Shown here: positions 1 through 12,562 of the stretch, piece after piece | Position numbering within the stretch: position 1 is the stretch's first letter | Layout of the letters: the number at the start of each line of letters is the position of its first letter | Assembly (NCBI GenBank): GCA_000388065.2 | Contig: KB932202.1 | DNA length: 23,868 bases | Source: Fonticula alba ATCC 38817 | Taxonomy: Eukaryota; Protista; Nucleariida | Reading direction: 5' to 3' (one strand) | Notes under the pieces: model-generated | Databases searched by the model: none | What the model was told of the DNA's origin: nothing | What the model saw: only the letters and a program-made list of their open reading frames with translations | Program-made: the position numbers and the translations under genes

Positions 1-50
1 CCCGCCCGCCCGCCCGCCCGCCCGCCCGCTCGCTCGCTCGCTCGCCCGCC
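1..50. repeat. Compound (GCCC)n/(GCTC)n tetranucleotide repeat in the upstream YME1 intron
   Basis: Read directly from the sequence. Confidence 0.9.
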
Positions 51-79
51 CTGACTCCCCGCTCCCCGTCCACGCGCAG

Positions 80-2920
<2,841 letters not shown>

Positions 2921-4037
2921 GCCCGGCCCGGTCCTCCTCCCCCCCCCCCTCCTCCCCTGCGCGGCGGCGACCCCGACGAGAACGCGAGGCGACACTTGCC
3001 ATATTTCATGTGCGTCAGGGAAAAGAGTGTGACATCACCCCTCCCCCGCTCCTCCTGAGGTTGGGACGAAACCCTCTCTCTGGGGGAGAGGAGTGGCGAG
3101 CCGGGGCCGGGGGGCTGCAGGGGGGGGGGGAGGGGGGGAGGCTGCACATGTTGTGCGCGTGTGCGCGTGCGCGTGTGTCCTCTCCCTCGCCCCCTGCTTC
3201 AACCCCCCCTCCCTCCTCCCCCTCCTCTGTCGCTGTCGAGGGTAGGCGAGCGCTGGAGCCGCGTCCCTCCTGCCACCCTTTCCTCCATCCCCCCGTTGCG
3301 GACCGGCCCCCTCTCATGCCCTGCGGACCGGCATGTGTGCTTCCATCCCCTCCCATCTCCTGCTCCTCCTCCTCCAAGTGGGGGCGATGCGTGGGGGTGG
3401 GGCGCGCTTCTGTCGTCCGTCCGCCGCATGCCAGCCACGCGCGCTCGCCTTTCCTCGACAGAGCATCTCCCTCCCCCTCCCTTTCTCCCTTCCTCTCTGT
3501 CTCTCTCTCTCCCCCCCTGTCCCTCCCTCTCGCCGTGTCGCCCTCATCCCGAGAGCCCCTCGTTGTTGTCCCCTTGTAGAATGCCTTCTTCCTCCCTTTC
3601 CCCTCCCCCCAATTCCACACCTAGAGCCCTTTCCAAGTTTTGTTTGTGTTCGCATTTTTCGACCGCGATCTCTGTCTCCGCACGAGCGGCCGAAGGGGGG
3701 GGTGGGGTGGGGGGGCGGGGGGGGGGACACGCGCGCGCACAGGGCAGTTCGTTCGGCAGCAAAGAAAAGAAAGGAGGTTCCATTGCCCCTCTGCCCTCCG
3801 TCCACGCTCTTGCCTCGCCCTGTCCCTCCCTCCCTCCCTCCCTCCCTCCCAACACACGGACGCGTGCACCTCGCACACGTCGTATACACACACACACACA
3901 CACATTGCAATGGCTGGTCTTCGCGGAAAACAGGGGAAAGGAAAAAAGGGCAGCGAGCGGCGCAAGCTACTCTCTCCCTCCCTCTCTCTCTCTCTCTCTC
4001 ACACACACATGCAGCGGAGGCACTCACGCGCCCCAGG

Positions 4038-5913
4038 TCACTGAGCCGGGCCCGGACGCGGCACGGGCTGCCGGCTGATGCGCAGCTGGCTGGTCAGAGC
4101 ACCCAGCGACTGCGTCGGCAGCACGCAGTCCACCTTGCTGCGGTTGAGCATGAAGGCCGGGGCCACCCAGTCGCCGCACGGGCATTGGTGGCCGATCCAG
4201 GAGAAGCCCCCGAGCTTGGTCTGGCACTTGGCATTCGGGCAGGCGATCTTGCCCTGCATGGCCGACGGATCGCCGGTCACATCCAGCATCCACTCCATGG
4301 GCTCCACGAAGAAGGAGCTACAGAGCGACCCGCCGAAGGGGCGCAGGGCCCGGGCCAGCGGGGATTCCGGCCCGGCGTGCGTCACCGGCGTGGCCGACGC
4401 GGCCAGGTCCCCCTGGTGGCTGACCATCACCGAGTGCGAGTAGTCCGCCCGATAGGACCGGTGCGAGGCGAGGCCCTTGCGCAGCAGGCGCCCCGGAGCC
4501 GACGAATCGCCGGCCCCGGCCCCGGCATCGGCCCCCGTCCCGCCGGTCAGCGGCTCATGCGGCAGGATGTGGTCCGCGTCGGCCAGCGGCCGGCGGCATT
4601 GGCGGCACCGCAGCAGGAGCTTCTGATTGGACACGGCGCGCGTGGCCTGCGGGTCCTGGCCGTAGATCGGCTCGGCGGCCACGAAGTTGAAGTCCTGGCG
4701 CAGGGCCGCGATGTCGTACAGCCGCCGGCGCCGGTACACCGGGTTGTTCATGTCCAGCTTGAAGCCCATGTCGCGGAAATTCCGCAGCTGGGCAACCAAC
4801 TCCCCGGGGAGGCTGCCACGCGGGGAGGAGAGGGGGGGGGGGGGTGCATGTTGCCGGGGGACCGATGCACAGCAGGGGCAGGACGCGTGCGTGTGCGCGC
4901 GCGCGTGTGAGACAGGAAAAGCCGACCGTCAGTCCGTGAAAGTTCCCCTCCCCCACATGGCTGGCGCGGGCAGATGGCATGGGTACGCACAGGGCGCGTG
5001 GCTCCTTCTCCGCAAGGAAGGCCACCAGGCCGGGGAGGATGTCGATTGGGGTGCCATCTTCGGCCGGGGCCGGGGCATGGTCCTCGAGGATCGCGGCCAC
5101 CTCGTCCGCCGGGGCCTCGGCCAGGTCGCGGTACAGTGCCGCCGCGGCGAAGAAAGCCGCCACGCTGAGGGACAGGTCGCTGGACCAGGGACGAGGGCGA
5201 GGGGGGAAAGGGGGGGGGGGGGGCGGTTAGTGGCCACGACCAGGGGCGGGGGGCCTATTCGCGCCGGGATGCATGTGTGCACACATGTGCACGTGCGCGT
5301 GCGCCGGTACAGGCCGCGGGGCGATGTGCGAAGGGGGGCCCGGGGCGGGGAGACCCGCGGGCCGCGGGCAAGCAAGGCGCGCACCAGCACAGCAGCGTGG
5401 CATCGGCCAAGGCGCCGGGCTCCTGGTCGACCGGCCGCAGCAGGTCCAGCACCTGCGTGGCGAAGGGGACCAGGTACGGCCCGGCCGATTGGCTGTCCAG
5501 GGCGGCCGCGTCGTCGGACCACTCGCACGTCTGGCTGATGGGGGGGATCTCCACCGCGGTCACGCGAATGTCCTTCAGATTGGTGACGGCATCCAGCTCG
5601 GGCAGCGAGCCGTCCGGCCGGCGGCGGTCCGCCACCTCGGCAATCTCGCCCAGGTACACGATCTGCCGGATGGCATGCCGGTCCAGGCGGGCGCGCTGCT
5701 GCGAGGCGATGTAGCTATGTGTCGCCAGCGAGTGGAGGGCGGCGGGTGATGAGTGGCCAGTGGTGAGTGGCCAGCGGTGGGTGATCGGTGGCGGGTGATC
5801 AGTGGCAGGCAGCAAGTGGCAGGCAGCAAGTGGCAGGCAGCAAGGGCAGGTCGGGGGGGTGTGAGCAAAACGCACTCGCCAATGAAGAGAGTGTCGGTCA
5901 CCTTGAAGAACAT
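4038..5913 (-). CDS. YVH1: YVH1/DUSP12-like atypical dual-specificity phosphatase-fold protein with C-terminal zinc-binding domain, about 443 aa; catalytic motif degenerate. Exons 5913-5876, 5714-5385, 5179-4991, 4812-4038
   Basis: DUSP-like start MFFKVTDTLFIGDYIAS. C-terminus RCRQCRRPL...HEP...CSSFFVEPMEWM...GKIACPNAKCQTKLGGFSWIGHQCPCGDWVAPAFMLNRSKVD matches the Yvh1/DUSP12 zinc domain. Exons sum to 1332 nt, in frame, with GT-AG junctions. Confidence 0.9.
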
Positions 5914-6715
5914 GGTGATATCGTGTCGGAGGGAGTGGGTGGGGGGAGGGGGCTTGAGAGGCGGACAGGGGCCGGTGTCTTTCTCTCTTTCTCTGTGTCT
6001 GTGCGTTCCGTGCGTTCTGCGTGTGCGTGCGTGTGTGGTGTGCGGGGAGAGTCTGGCGCGCGGCCCCCCGGGTGCGCGGCCACGGACGAAGCCCGCCCAT
6101 AATCGTGCCCCGGGCGCATGTTTTTTTTGGTCGCCCGGATCGCATCTTGCCGGCACACACGCGGCGGGCAGGGGCTTCCCCTTGCGCCCCCCCCCCCCCT
6201 TCCCCTCCTTGGGGGGAGTCGCTGGGGGGACGGCGTCGGGCGAGGCGCGGCGATCTCCCGGGCCGCGCGCCGGGAGCATGGCCAGCAGGTCCGGCGGGAC
6301 CTTGAGTGCCAACCGGCCTCACATGCCACGGGAATGGCGTTCCGGGGATTCATGTGCCCCAGCCTCCCCACCTGGTCCCCCGCCCGGCCGCGGCGGTGGC
6401 GGCGGTGGCAGGGGNNNNNNNNNNNNNNNNNNNNNNNNNNNNNNNNNNNNNNNNNNNNNNNNNNNNNNNNNNNNNNNNNNNNNNNNNNNNNNNNNNNNNN
6501 NNNNNNNNNNNNNNNNNNNNNNNNNNNNNNNNNNNNNNNNNNNNNNNNNNNNNNCCCCCCCCCCCTCCTCCCTGCCCGCCAGTTTCGCTTTCACGCCATC
6601 TGCCCTGGGTCCCTCTTTGCCGGCTTGAGCCTCGCCTCCTCCTCCCCCCTCCCCCTCCCCCCTCCCACCGGCCGCCCGTCAGCGCCCGCCCGCCTCGGTT
6701 GACTCTTTCGGTCAG
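5914..6715. promoter_or_regulatory. Probable bidirectional promoter region between divergent YVH1-like (-) and NOG1 (+); contains a 140-nt gap
   Basis: Positional inference from head-to-head start codons at 5913 and 6874. No specific core promoter element is proven. Confidence 0.5.
6415..6554. other. Assembly gap (140 N)
   Basis: Run of N. Confidence 1.
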
Positions 6716-6844
6716 GTACTTCCGCGCTGCGGTGTCTTTCTCTCTCTCTCTCTCTCTCTCTCCCTCGCGGGGAGCCACCTTCCTTTGCTGCCGACCCTGA
6801 CGCCCTCCGCTCTCGTCCCTCCCCCGCGCCCCCTCGTCGCGCAG
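6716..6844 (+). other. Probable 5'-UTR intron of NOG1
   Basis: CAG|GTACTT donor at 6716, (CT)n tract, CTGAC branch site at 6797-6801, pyrimidine tract and GCAG acceptor at 6841-6844, ending 29 nt before the ATG at 6874. Confidence 0.65.
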
Positions 6845-6873
6845 TTCCCCGGCCCCCGCAGTCGCCCGCGAAG

Positions 6874-8003
6874 ATGTCCTACAACTTCAAGAAGATCCAG
6901 GTCGTCCCCTCCTCGACGGACTTTGTGGACATTGTCCTGTCGAAGACCCAGCGCAAGACGCCGACCGTCATCCACAAGGGCTACGCCATCTCGCGTATCC
7001 GTAACTTCTACATCCGCAAGTGCAAGTTCTCGCAGCAGACCTTCCACGACAAGCTGAGCCAGATCCTGGCGGACTTCCCCCAGCTGGACGTGCGTGCCGG
7101 TGCTCCTGCCCCTGCCGCGGTCTCGGTTTTTTTTTGCAAGTGCTGACCCGCTTTCTTGCTCGGCTGCCCTCCCCCTTCCTTTTCCCTCTCCCCCTTCCTT
7201 TTCCCCCTCCCCTTCTCCCCTTCTCCCCTTCTCCCCCTCGCTCCAATAGGATGTCCACCCGTTCTACGGCGACCTGATGAACGTCCTCTACGACCGTGAT
7301 CACTACAAGCTGGCCCTCGGTCAGATCAACGCCGCCCGCCAGCAGGTCGACAACATCGCCAAGGACTACCTGCGTCTGCTCAAGTATGGTGACTCGCTGT
7401 ACCGCTGTAAGCAGCTGAAGCGCGCTTGCCTGGGTCGGTGCGTTCTCCTGCCGGCCGGCCGACCGCCGCCCCGGGGGCGAGAGGGCCCCCCCCCCCTTTC
7501 CCCCTTCCTCGCCTCGCCGCGCTGCACCCCCTCCGCCCCCACGGCTCCTTCCTCACTCTCTCCCCGCCTTCCCCCCCCTCCCCCTCCTCCTCCCTGGCCC
7601 CAGGCCCCCGAGGACAAGGACGATCGCCGGCAGCTTCACAAGGCCGTGCGTGATGCCCTCCCCCGGCTGGAGACCTCTTTCGTCCGGCCCGGCGAGCGTG
7701 GGTATCCGGCTGCCCCGGTCGACTCGGCCGATGCCGCTCCTGCCCCGACCGACACCATGATCGCTGTGTCGGTGGCCAAGTTCGTGCAGGGCCAGCGGTC
7801 GCGTCGCTCGACCCGACGGGGTCGAGCGGTTGCTTACTGGCCGGCAGCCTCCTCCGGTCTGTATTGTTGTTATTTTTTTTGAGGCCGCACAATGAAGGAG
7901 GCCTCTCCAATGGATGGAGGGTGTGTCAGTTTCTCTTGGAGCCATCGGTGCCATTTGCGCCGGGCGGCGGCCGCAGCCGGAATGGCCCGTGCTTCCAAGC
8001 CCG

Positions 8004-8034
<31 letters not shown>

Positions 8035-9080
8035 ACTCGCAGCATGTGCACCCTCATGGCCCGGCTCAAGGACACCCTGGCCTACCTGGAGCAGGTCCGC
8101 CAGCATCTGGCCCGTCTGCCCTCCATCGACCCCAACACCCGTACCCTGCTGATCACCGGGTACCCGAACGTCGGGAAGTCCTCCTTCATGAACAAGGTCA
8201 CTCGCGCCGATGTGGAGGTCCAGCCGTACGCCTTCACCACCAAGTCCCTCTTCGTGGGCCACATGGACTATCGGTACCTGCGCTGGCAGGTGATCGACTC
8301 GCCGGGAATCCTGGACCACCCGCTGGAGGACCGGAACACCATCGAGATGCAGTCGATCACCGCGCTGGCCCATCTGCGCTGCTGTGTGCTCTTCTTCATC
8401 GACGTGTCGGAGGATTGCGGCTACACCCTGGCCCAGCAGGTGGCCCTGTTCCATTCGATCCGGCCGCTGTTCACCAACAAGCCGGTGGTGCTGGTCCTGT
8501 CCAAGCTGGACCTCATGCGCTATGAGCAGCTCAGCGACGAGGGCAAGGCCCAGATCCAGACCTGCCTCGATACCGGGGCCACCATGGTCGAGGCGTCCAC
8601 CCTGACCGAGGAGGGCGTCATGGATGTCAAGCAGACCGCCTGCGACAAGCTGCTGGCCATGCGCGTGGAGAACAAGCTCCGCAACAAGAAGGCCGAGGAC
8701 ATCACCTCGCGCCTGCACCTGGCCATGCCCACCAAGCGCGATGATGTCATCCGCATGCCCATCCGCCCGGAGGGGGAGATCGTCCCGTACGACCCGAAGG
8801 ACCCGAACCGCGTGCTGCTGGCCAAGGACTACGAGCGCATGGGCGGCGGCGCCGGTGTCTACAATGTGGACCTGCGCGCGGACTACCTGCTCAAGAACCC
8901 GGAGTGGAAGTACGACGCCATCCCCGAAATCTGGGACGGCAAGAACATCATCGACTTCGTGGACCCGGACATCGAGGAGAAGCTCCTGGCTCTCGAGCGC
9001 GAGGAGGAGGCCCTCGAGGCGGCCGGTTTCTACGACGAGGACGAGGAGATCGAGGTGCGTGTGGGGTCTGGCTGTTGGGT

Positions 9081-9146
<66 letters not shown>

Positions 9147-9885
9147 CCTGCGGTCTTTCCTTCTTTGTGTTTTTTTGCCCCGGCTGTGTGTCCCCCCCCC
9201 CGCGGCCGGGGAGGGGGGCTGGCGCGAGGCGCGTGCCCCCCGCGTACATCCGGCACTCGGCCGACCCTAACAGTCTCTCCCCCTCCCGCCCCCCTGTCTT
9301 CCCCGTGCACACCCACACCCACACCCACAGGACGAGGAGCTCACTGCCAAGCGCGAGCTCGCGGCCCAGATCCGCGCCAAGAAGGACGTCCTCAAGCAGC
9401 GCAACCACATCAAGGCCATGTCGCGCCGCAACAAGGCCCCCATGCCCCGGACGAAGACCGCCGTCTCGGCCACCGAGTTCATCTCCACCATGCGCGAGCT
9501 GGGCCTGGACATCACCGACGTCAATGGCGGCGAGCGGACCTCCCGCCGGGAGCGCTCCAAGCGCATGCGCGACGGCGAGGAGGGCGGCTCCGACGCCGAG
9601 ATGGCCGTCGACACCGACGGCCCGGCCGGCGGCCCGGCCAAGCGCTCCCGCTCCATGGTCCGCAGCGAGTCCCGCGCTCGCAGCCTTTCCATGCCGCGCG
9701 AGCCGTCGGCCATGGGTCTGCGCGACTCGCGCCAGGTCCTCCTGGCCGCCAACCAGATCAGCCAGTCCCAGCGCCGTCTCAAGACCGACGGTCGCCGCGG
9801 CGAGGCCGATCGCCACATCCCCACCAACATGCCGCGCCACATGTTCTCCGGCAAGCGCAAGCAGGGCACCAACGACCGCCGCTAA
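6874..9885 (+). CDS. NOG1: Nucleolar GTP-binding protein 1 (NOG1/GTPBP4), 60S biogenesis GTPase, about 656 aa. Exons 6874-7089, 7250-7437, 8043-9054, 9331-9885
   Basis: Diagnostic N-terminus [10 protein letters not shown]...[17 protein letters not shown]1 [10 protein letters not shown]2 [10 protein letters not shown]3 DSPG, NOGCT region [10 protein letters not shown]...[24 protein letters not shown]-terminal [17 protein letters not shown]. The conserved LGR|MCT junction joins 7437 to 8043. GTGCGT donors; total 1971 nt in frame. Confidence 0.97.
7604..7856 (+). other. Orphan coding exon resembling pseudouridine synthase PUS7 (TruD family, region just before the catalytic core), nested in NOG1 intron 2
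   Basis: Preceded by a pyrimidine tract and CAG (7601-7603), followed by a possible GTCTGT donor at 7857. Codons are GC3-rich like neighbouring exons. The translation [22 protein letters not shown]...MIAV...WPAASSG matches, from memory, the PUS7 pattern EDxKExRxxIHxAIKxxFPxLET...YIV...WPKSRG. The frame differs from NOG1. Confidence 0.7.
9085..9144. repeat. (GT)30 microsatellite in NOG1 intron 3
   Basis: Read directly from the sequence. Confidence 0.95.
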
Positions 9886-10568
9886 TAAGGGGGCGGGCGA
9901 GAAAGGCCCGCGCGGGTGGCTTGTGTCCCCCTTTCCTCCCCCCTCCCCCCCCTCTCTCTCCGTTTCTCCCGCGTTCCCCCCGGCCTCCGCCGCCGGCCCT
10001 CCTCCTCCTGGGCTCCGTGCCGATGTGTGTCGCTTTCTGGTGGCCGTGTGGCGGCCGTCTGGCTCGCCCGGTTGTTCATCGATCCATCGCCGGCGCCCGG
10101 GGGGAGGGGCGGCCGGCAGCGACTCCGGGGGGCGCCCCCGGGGCCTCGGGGTGGTGGTGGTGGAACGGCGGGGGACGACACACGCCATGTCCTTGTCCTG
10201 TCTGCCTCGCTCTGCCTGCGTGCTGGGTCGGCGCGGCGCGCCGCGCCGCTGGGGCCCTTCTCCTCCTGTGCATGCGGCACTGGCCTGTGTTTGGCCTGCG
10301 CGCGCCTGGGCGGGGGGAGAAGAGGGCCTGGCCACTACTCGTCCGGGCGGGCATCCGCCCACGGCCGAGACGCTGGCGCGTGTCTGTGCATGCTCTCTGT
10401 CTCTGTCTCCCTTTCCCCTTGCTTCTCCCTCCCTCCTGTGTCATTCTTTCATAGATCATTGTAATATTATATACCTTCCCCAAAGAGCGCCGTCCGAAGA
10501 GGGGGGCGGGGGTTGGGCAGGGGACCGGCACCGGGGGCCAGGGGGGGCGTCACGCCCGGGGGCCGAAG

Positions 10569-10806
10569 NNNNNNNNNNNNNNNNNNNNNNNNNNNNNNNN
10601 NNNNNNNNNNNNNNNNNNNNNNNNNNNNNNNNNNNNNNNNNNNNNNNNNNNNNNNNNNNNNNNNNNNNNNNNNNNNNNNNNNNNNNNNNNNNNNNNNNNN
10701 NNNNNNNNNNNNNNNNNNNNNNNNNNNNNNNNNNNNNNNNNNNNNNNNNNNNNNNNNNNNNNNNNNNNNNNNNNNNNNNNNNNNNNNNNNNNNNNNNNNN
10801 NNNNNN
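10569..10806. other. Assembly gap (238 N)
   Basis: Run of N. Confidence 1.
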
Positions 10807-10834
10807 CCCCCCCCCGCCGACCTGTCTGGCCGCC

Positions 10835-12196
10835 ATGCTTCGCACCACCCGCCAGCTGTCGATGGCGCGCGCGCCGTTCGCGCGCTGCCTTTCGAGCGCC
10901 TTCGAGGCGGTTCCCGCACAGGCATCCTGGTATGTGAGCCTGGCCCGGCGGCGCCAGCCGCCTGTTGCTCCTCGCCCTGCTCGCGGGATGCTGTTGACTG
11001 ACCCGTGTGGCCGCGCTCGAACCCGGCCACAGTATGATCATCGCGGCCCGGGCCCCGGCCAGCGAGACCCCCGCCCCGGAAGATGGCTTCCGGCTGCTGT
11101 TCCTCAAGCGCTCGGCCACCATGCGCTTCCAGCCGAAGTGCGTGTCCCTGCGGCCCGGTCCGCTCCTCGCTCGCCCTGCTTCCCCGCCGGCGCACGCCGC
11201 ATGATCTGAGCTGACCCGCCTGCTTGCGCCGCGTGCGGCAGCTTCCACGCTTTCCCCGGGGGCAAGGTCGACCCGACCGATGCCCTGCTGGCGCAGGCCC
11301 TTCGCGAGGCGGCCTTCCCCACGCTGGATGCCAGGTATGTTCGGCCGGGGGCGGGCCCCGTGAATCGCCAGGCCGCCCACTGACCCGTCGCGCCGCCCGC
11401 CTCCCCCCCCGCCCCCCCCCGCCACCCCCCCCCCCCCGCCCCCCCCCCCCCCCCCCCCCCCCCCGCCCCTCCCCCCCCCCCCCCCCCCCCGGGGCCGCCC
11501 AGGGGGAAAAAAGGGGCCAACCCGCTCGCCCCCCCCCCCCCCCAAATCCCCCCCCCCCCCGGGGGGGGCGCACCCCCCCCCTTTGGGGCCCCGCCCCCGG
11601 GCGCCCCGCCCCCCCCCCCCCCCCCCCCCCCCCCGCCCCCGCCCCTCTCCCCCCTCCCGCGACCTGGACCCCTGACGCATCCATCTGCCGCCCTGCTCGT
11701 GCCTCGCGTCTGGTGCCCCCCTCCCCCCTCGGTCCTCGCGCGCGCGCGCGCGCGCGCGGTCGACAGTGCGGCCGTCGATCGCTCGGCCAACTGGCACGCG
11801 GACATCGACGCGCGGGCCATCTTCCTGCGGGACCGGGCGCCCTCGCTGGATGCCCCACTGGGCCCGGACGCGATGCTCATCACCCGCGCCTGCCGGCCGC
11901 CCTTCTCCAACCGGGCCGAGCTGCCGGTCCTGGGGGATCTGCCGGCGGCGCGGGCCCCGCGGCCGGCCCCGGCCACCCGGACCACGGTCCTGCTGCCGGG
12001 CGACGCGGACTACCCGCGGCACCTGGCGGCCTTGCTGGCGGCGCAGGGGCCGGATGCGCGGGCACCGGCGCCGGACGCCGTGCCGGTGGCCGCCGCCACC
12101 CCCGGGGCCGCTCCCCGCCGCCGGCGCCTGGTGCGCTTCGACCTGGACGAGGAGGACCCGCCCGGCGCCGAGGCGCCCTTCCTGCTGCTGCGCTGA
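10835..12196 (+). CDS. Nudix hydrolase, NUDT19-like (acyl-CoA diphosphatase-type); model incomplete. Exons 10835-10929, 11033-11137, 11242-11334, probable missing exon(s) in 11400-11640, then 11767-12196
   Basis: The spliced peptide ASCMIIAAR...FRLLFLKRSATMRFQPNFHAFPGGKVDPTD fits the NUDT19-type N-terminal half. Donors are GTATGT, GTGCGT and GTATGT, with CTGAC branch sites. No RExxEExG half-box is visible. Confidence 0.7.
11400..11640. other. Low-quality poly-C/poly-G stretch, probably an assembly or sequencing artefact
   Basis: Almost pure irregular C and G homopolymers with scattered A/T runs and no codon structure. Confidence 0.7.
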
Positions 12197-12562
12197 ACTC
12201 GCCGCCCGGCGATCCGGTGGCACTTGCCCCGCCCAATAGAGACCCCCCGCGCCGCACACACGCGCGCGCGAGCGCCGCGCCCCCTCTTGGCGCCCGGGAC
12301 GGCGGAACAGGGAAAAGGGCGACAAAAAAGGCCCGGAACATAGAAAGGGCGGGGGGGGGGGGGGGGTTTGCGCCAGCGCGGGTGATTAAGCGGGCAGCGA
12401 TCGGCGCGGTGTGGCCGGCCGGAGGGGGGGGGGGGCGACGTGCATCGGTGGCACCCCTCCTCCGCCCCGCCCCGTTAGGTGGCATGTTTCCGGCGGGGAG
12501 GGCCGGCCGAGCACCCCGGGGGCGCACCCGATCAGATTCCGCCTCTTCTTGGACGGGCGTGC

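Noticed and set aside
2921-4037. Hidden gene or mobile element between the convergent YME1 and YVH1 ends
   Set aside because: Dominated by CT, CA and G/C runs with no coding-like codon bias, terminal repeats or transposase motifs. Consistent with 3' UTRs.
7604-7900. Intronic snoRNA (C/D or H/ACA) hosted in NOG1 intron 2
   Set aside because: Only an imperfect box C (GTGATGC) is present with no paired CTGA box D. The ANANNA-like ACACCA overlaps a stem instead of lying in a hinge. The PUS7-like reading frame explains the sequence better. An Rfam scan would settle it.
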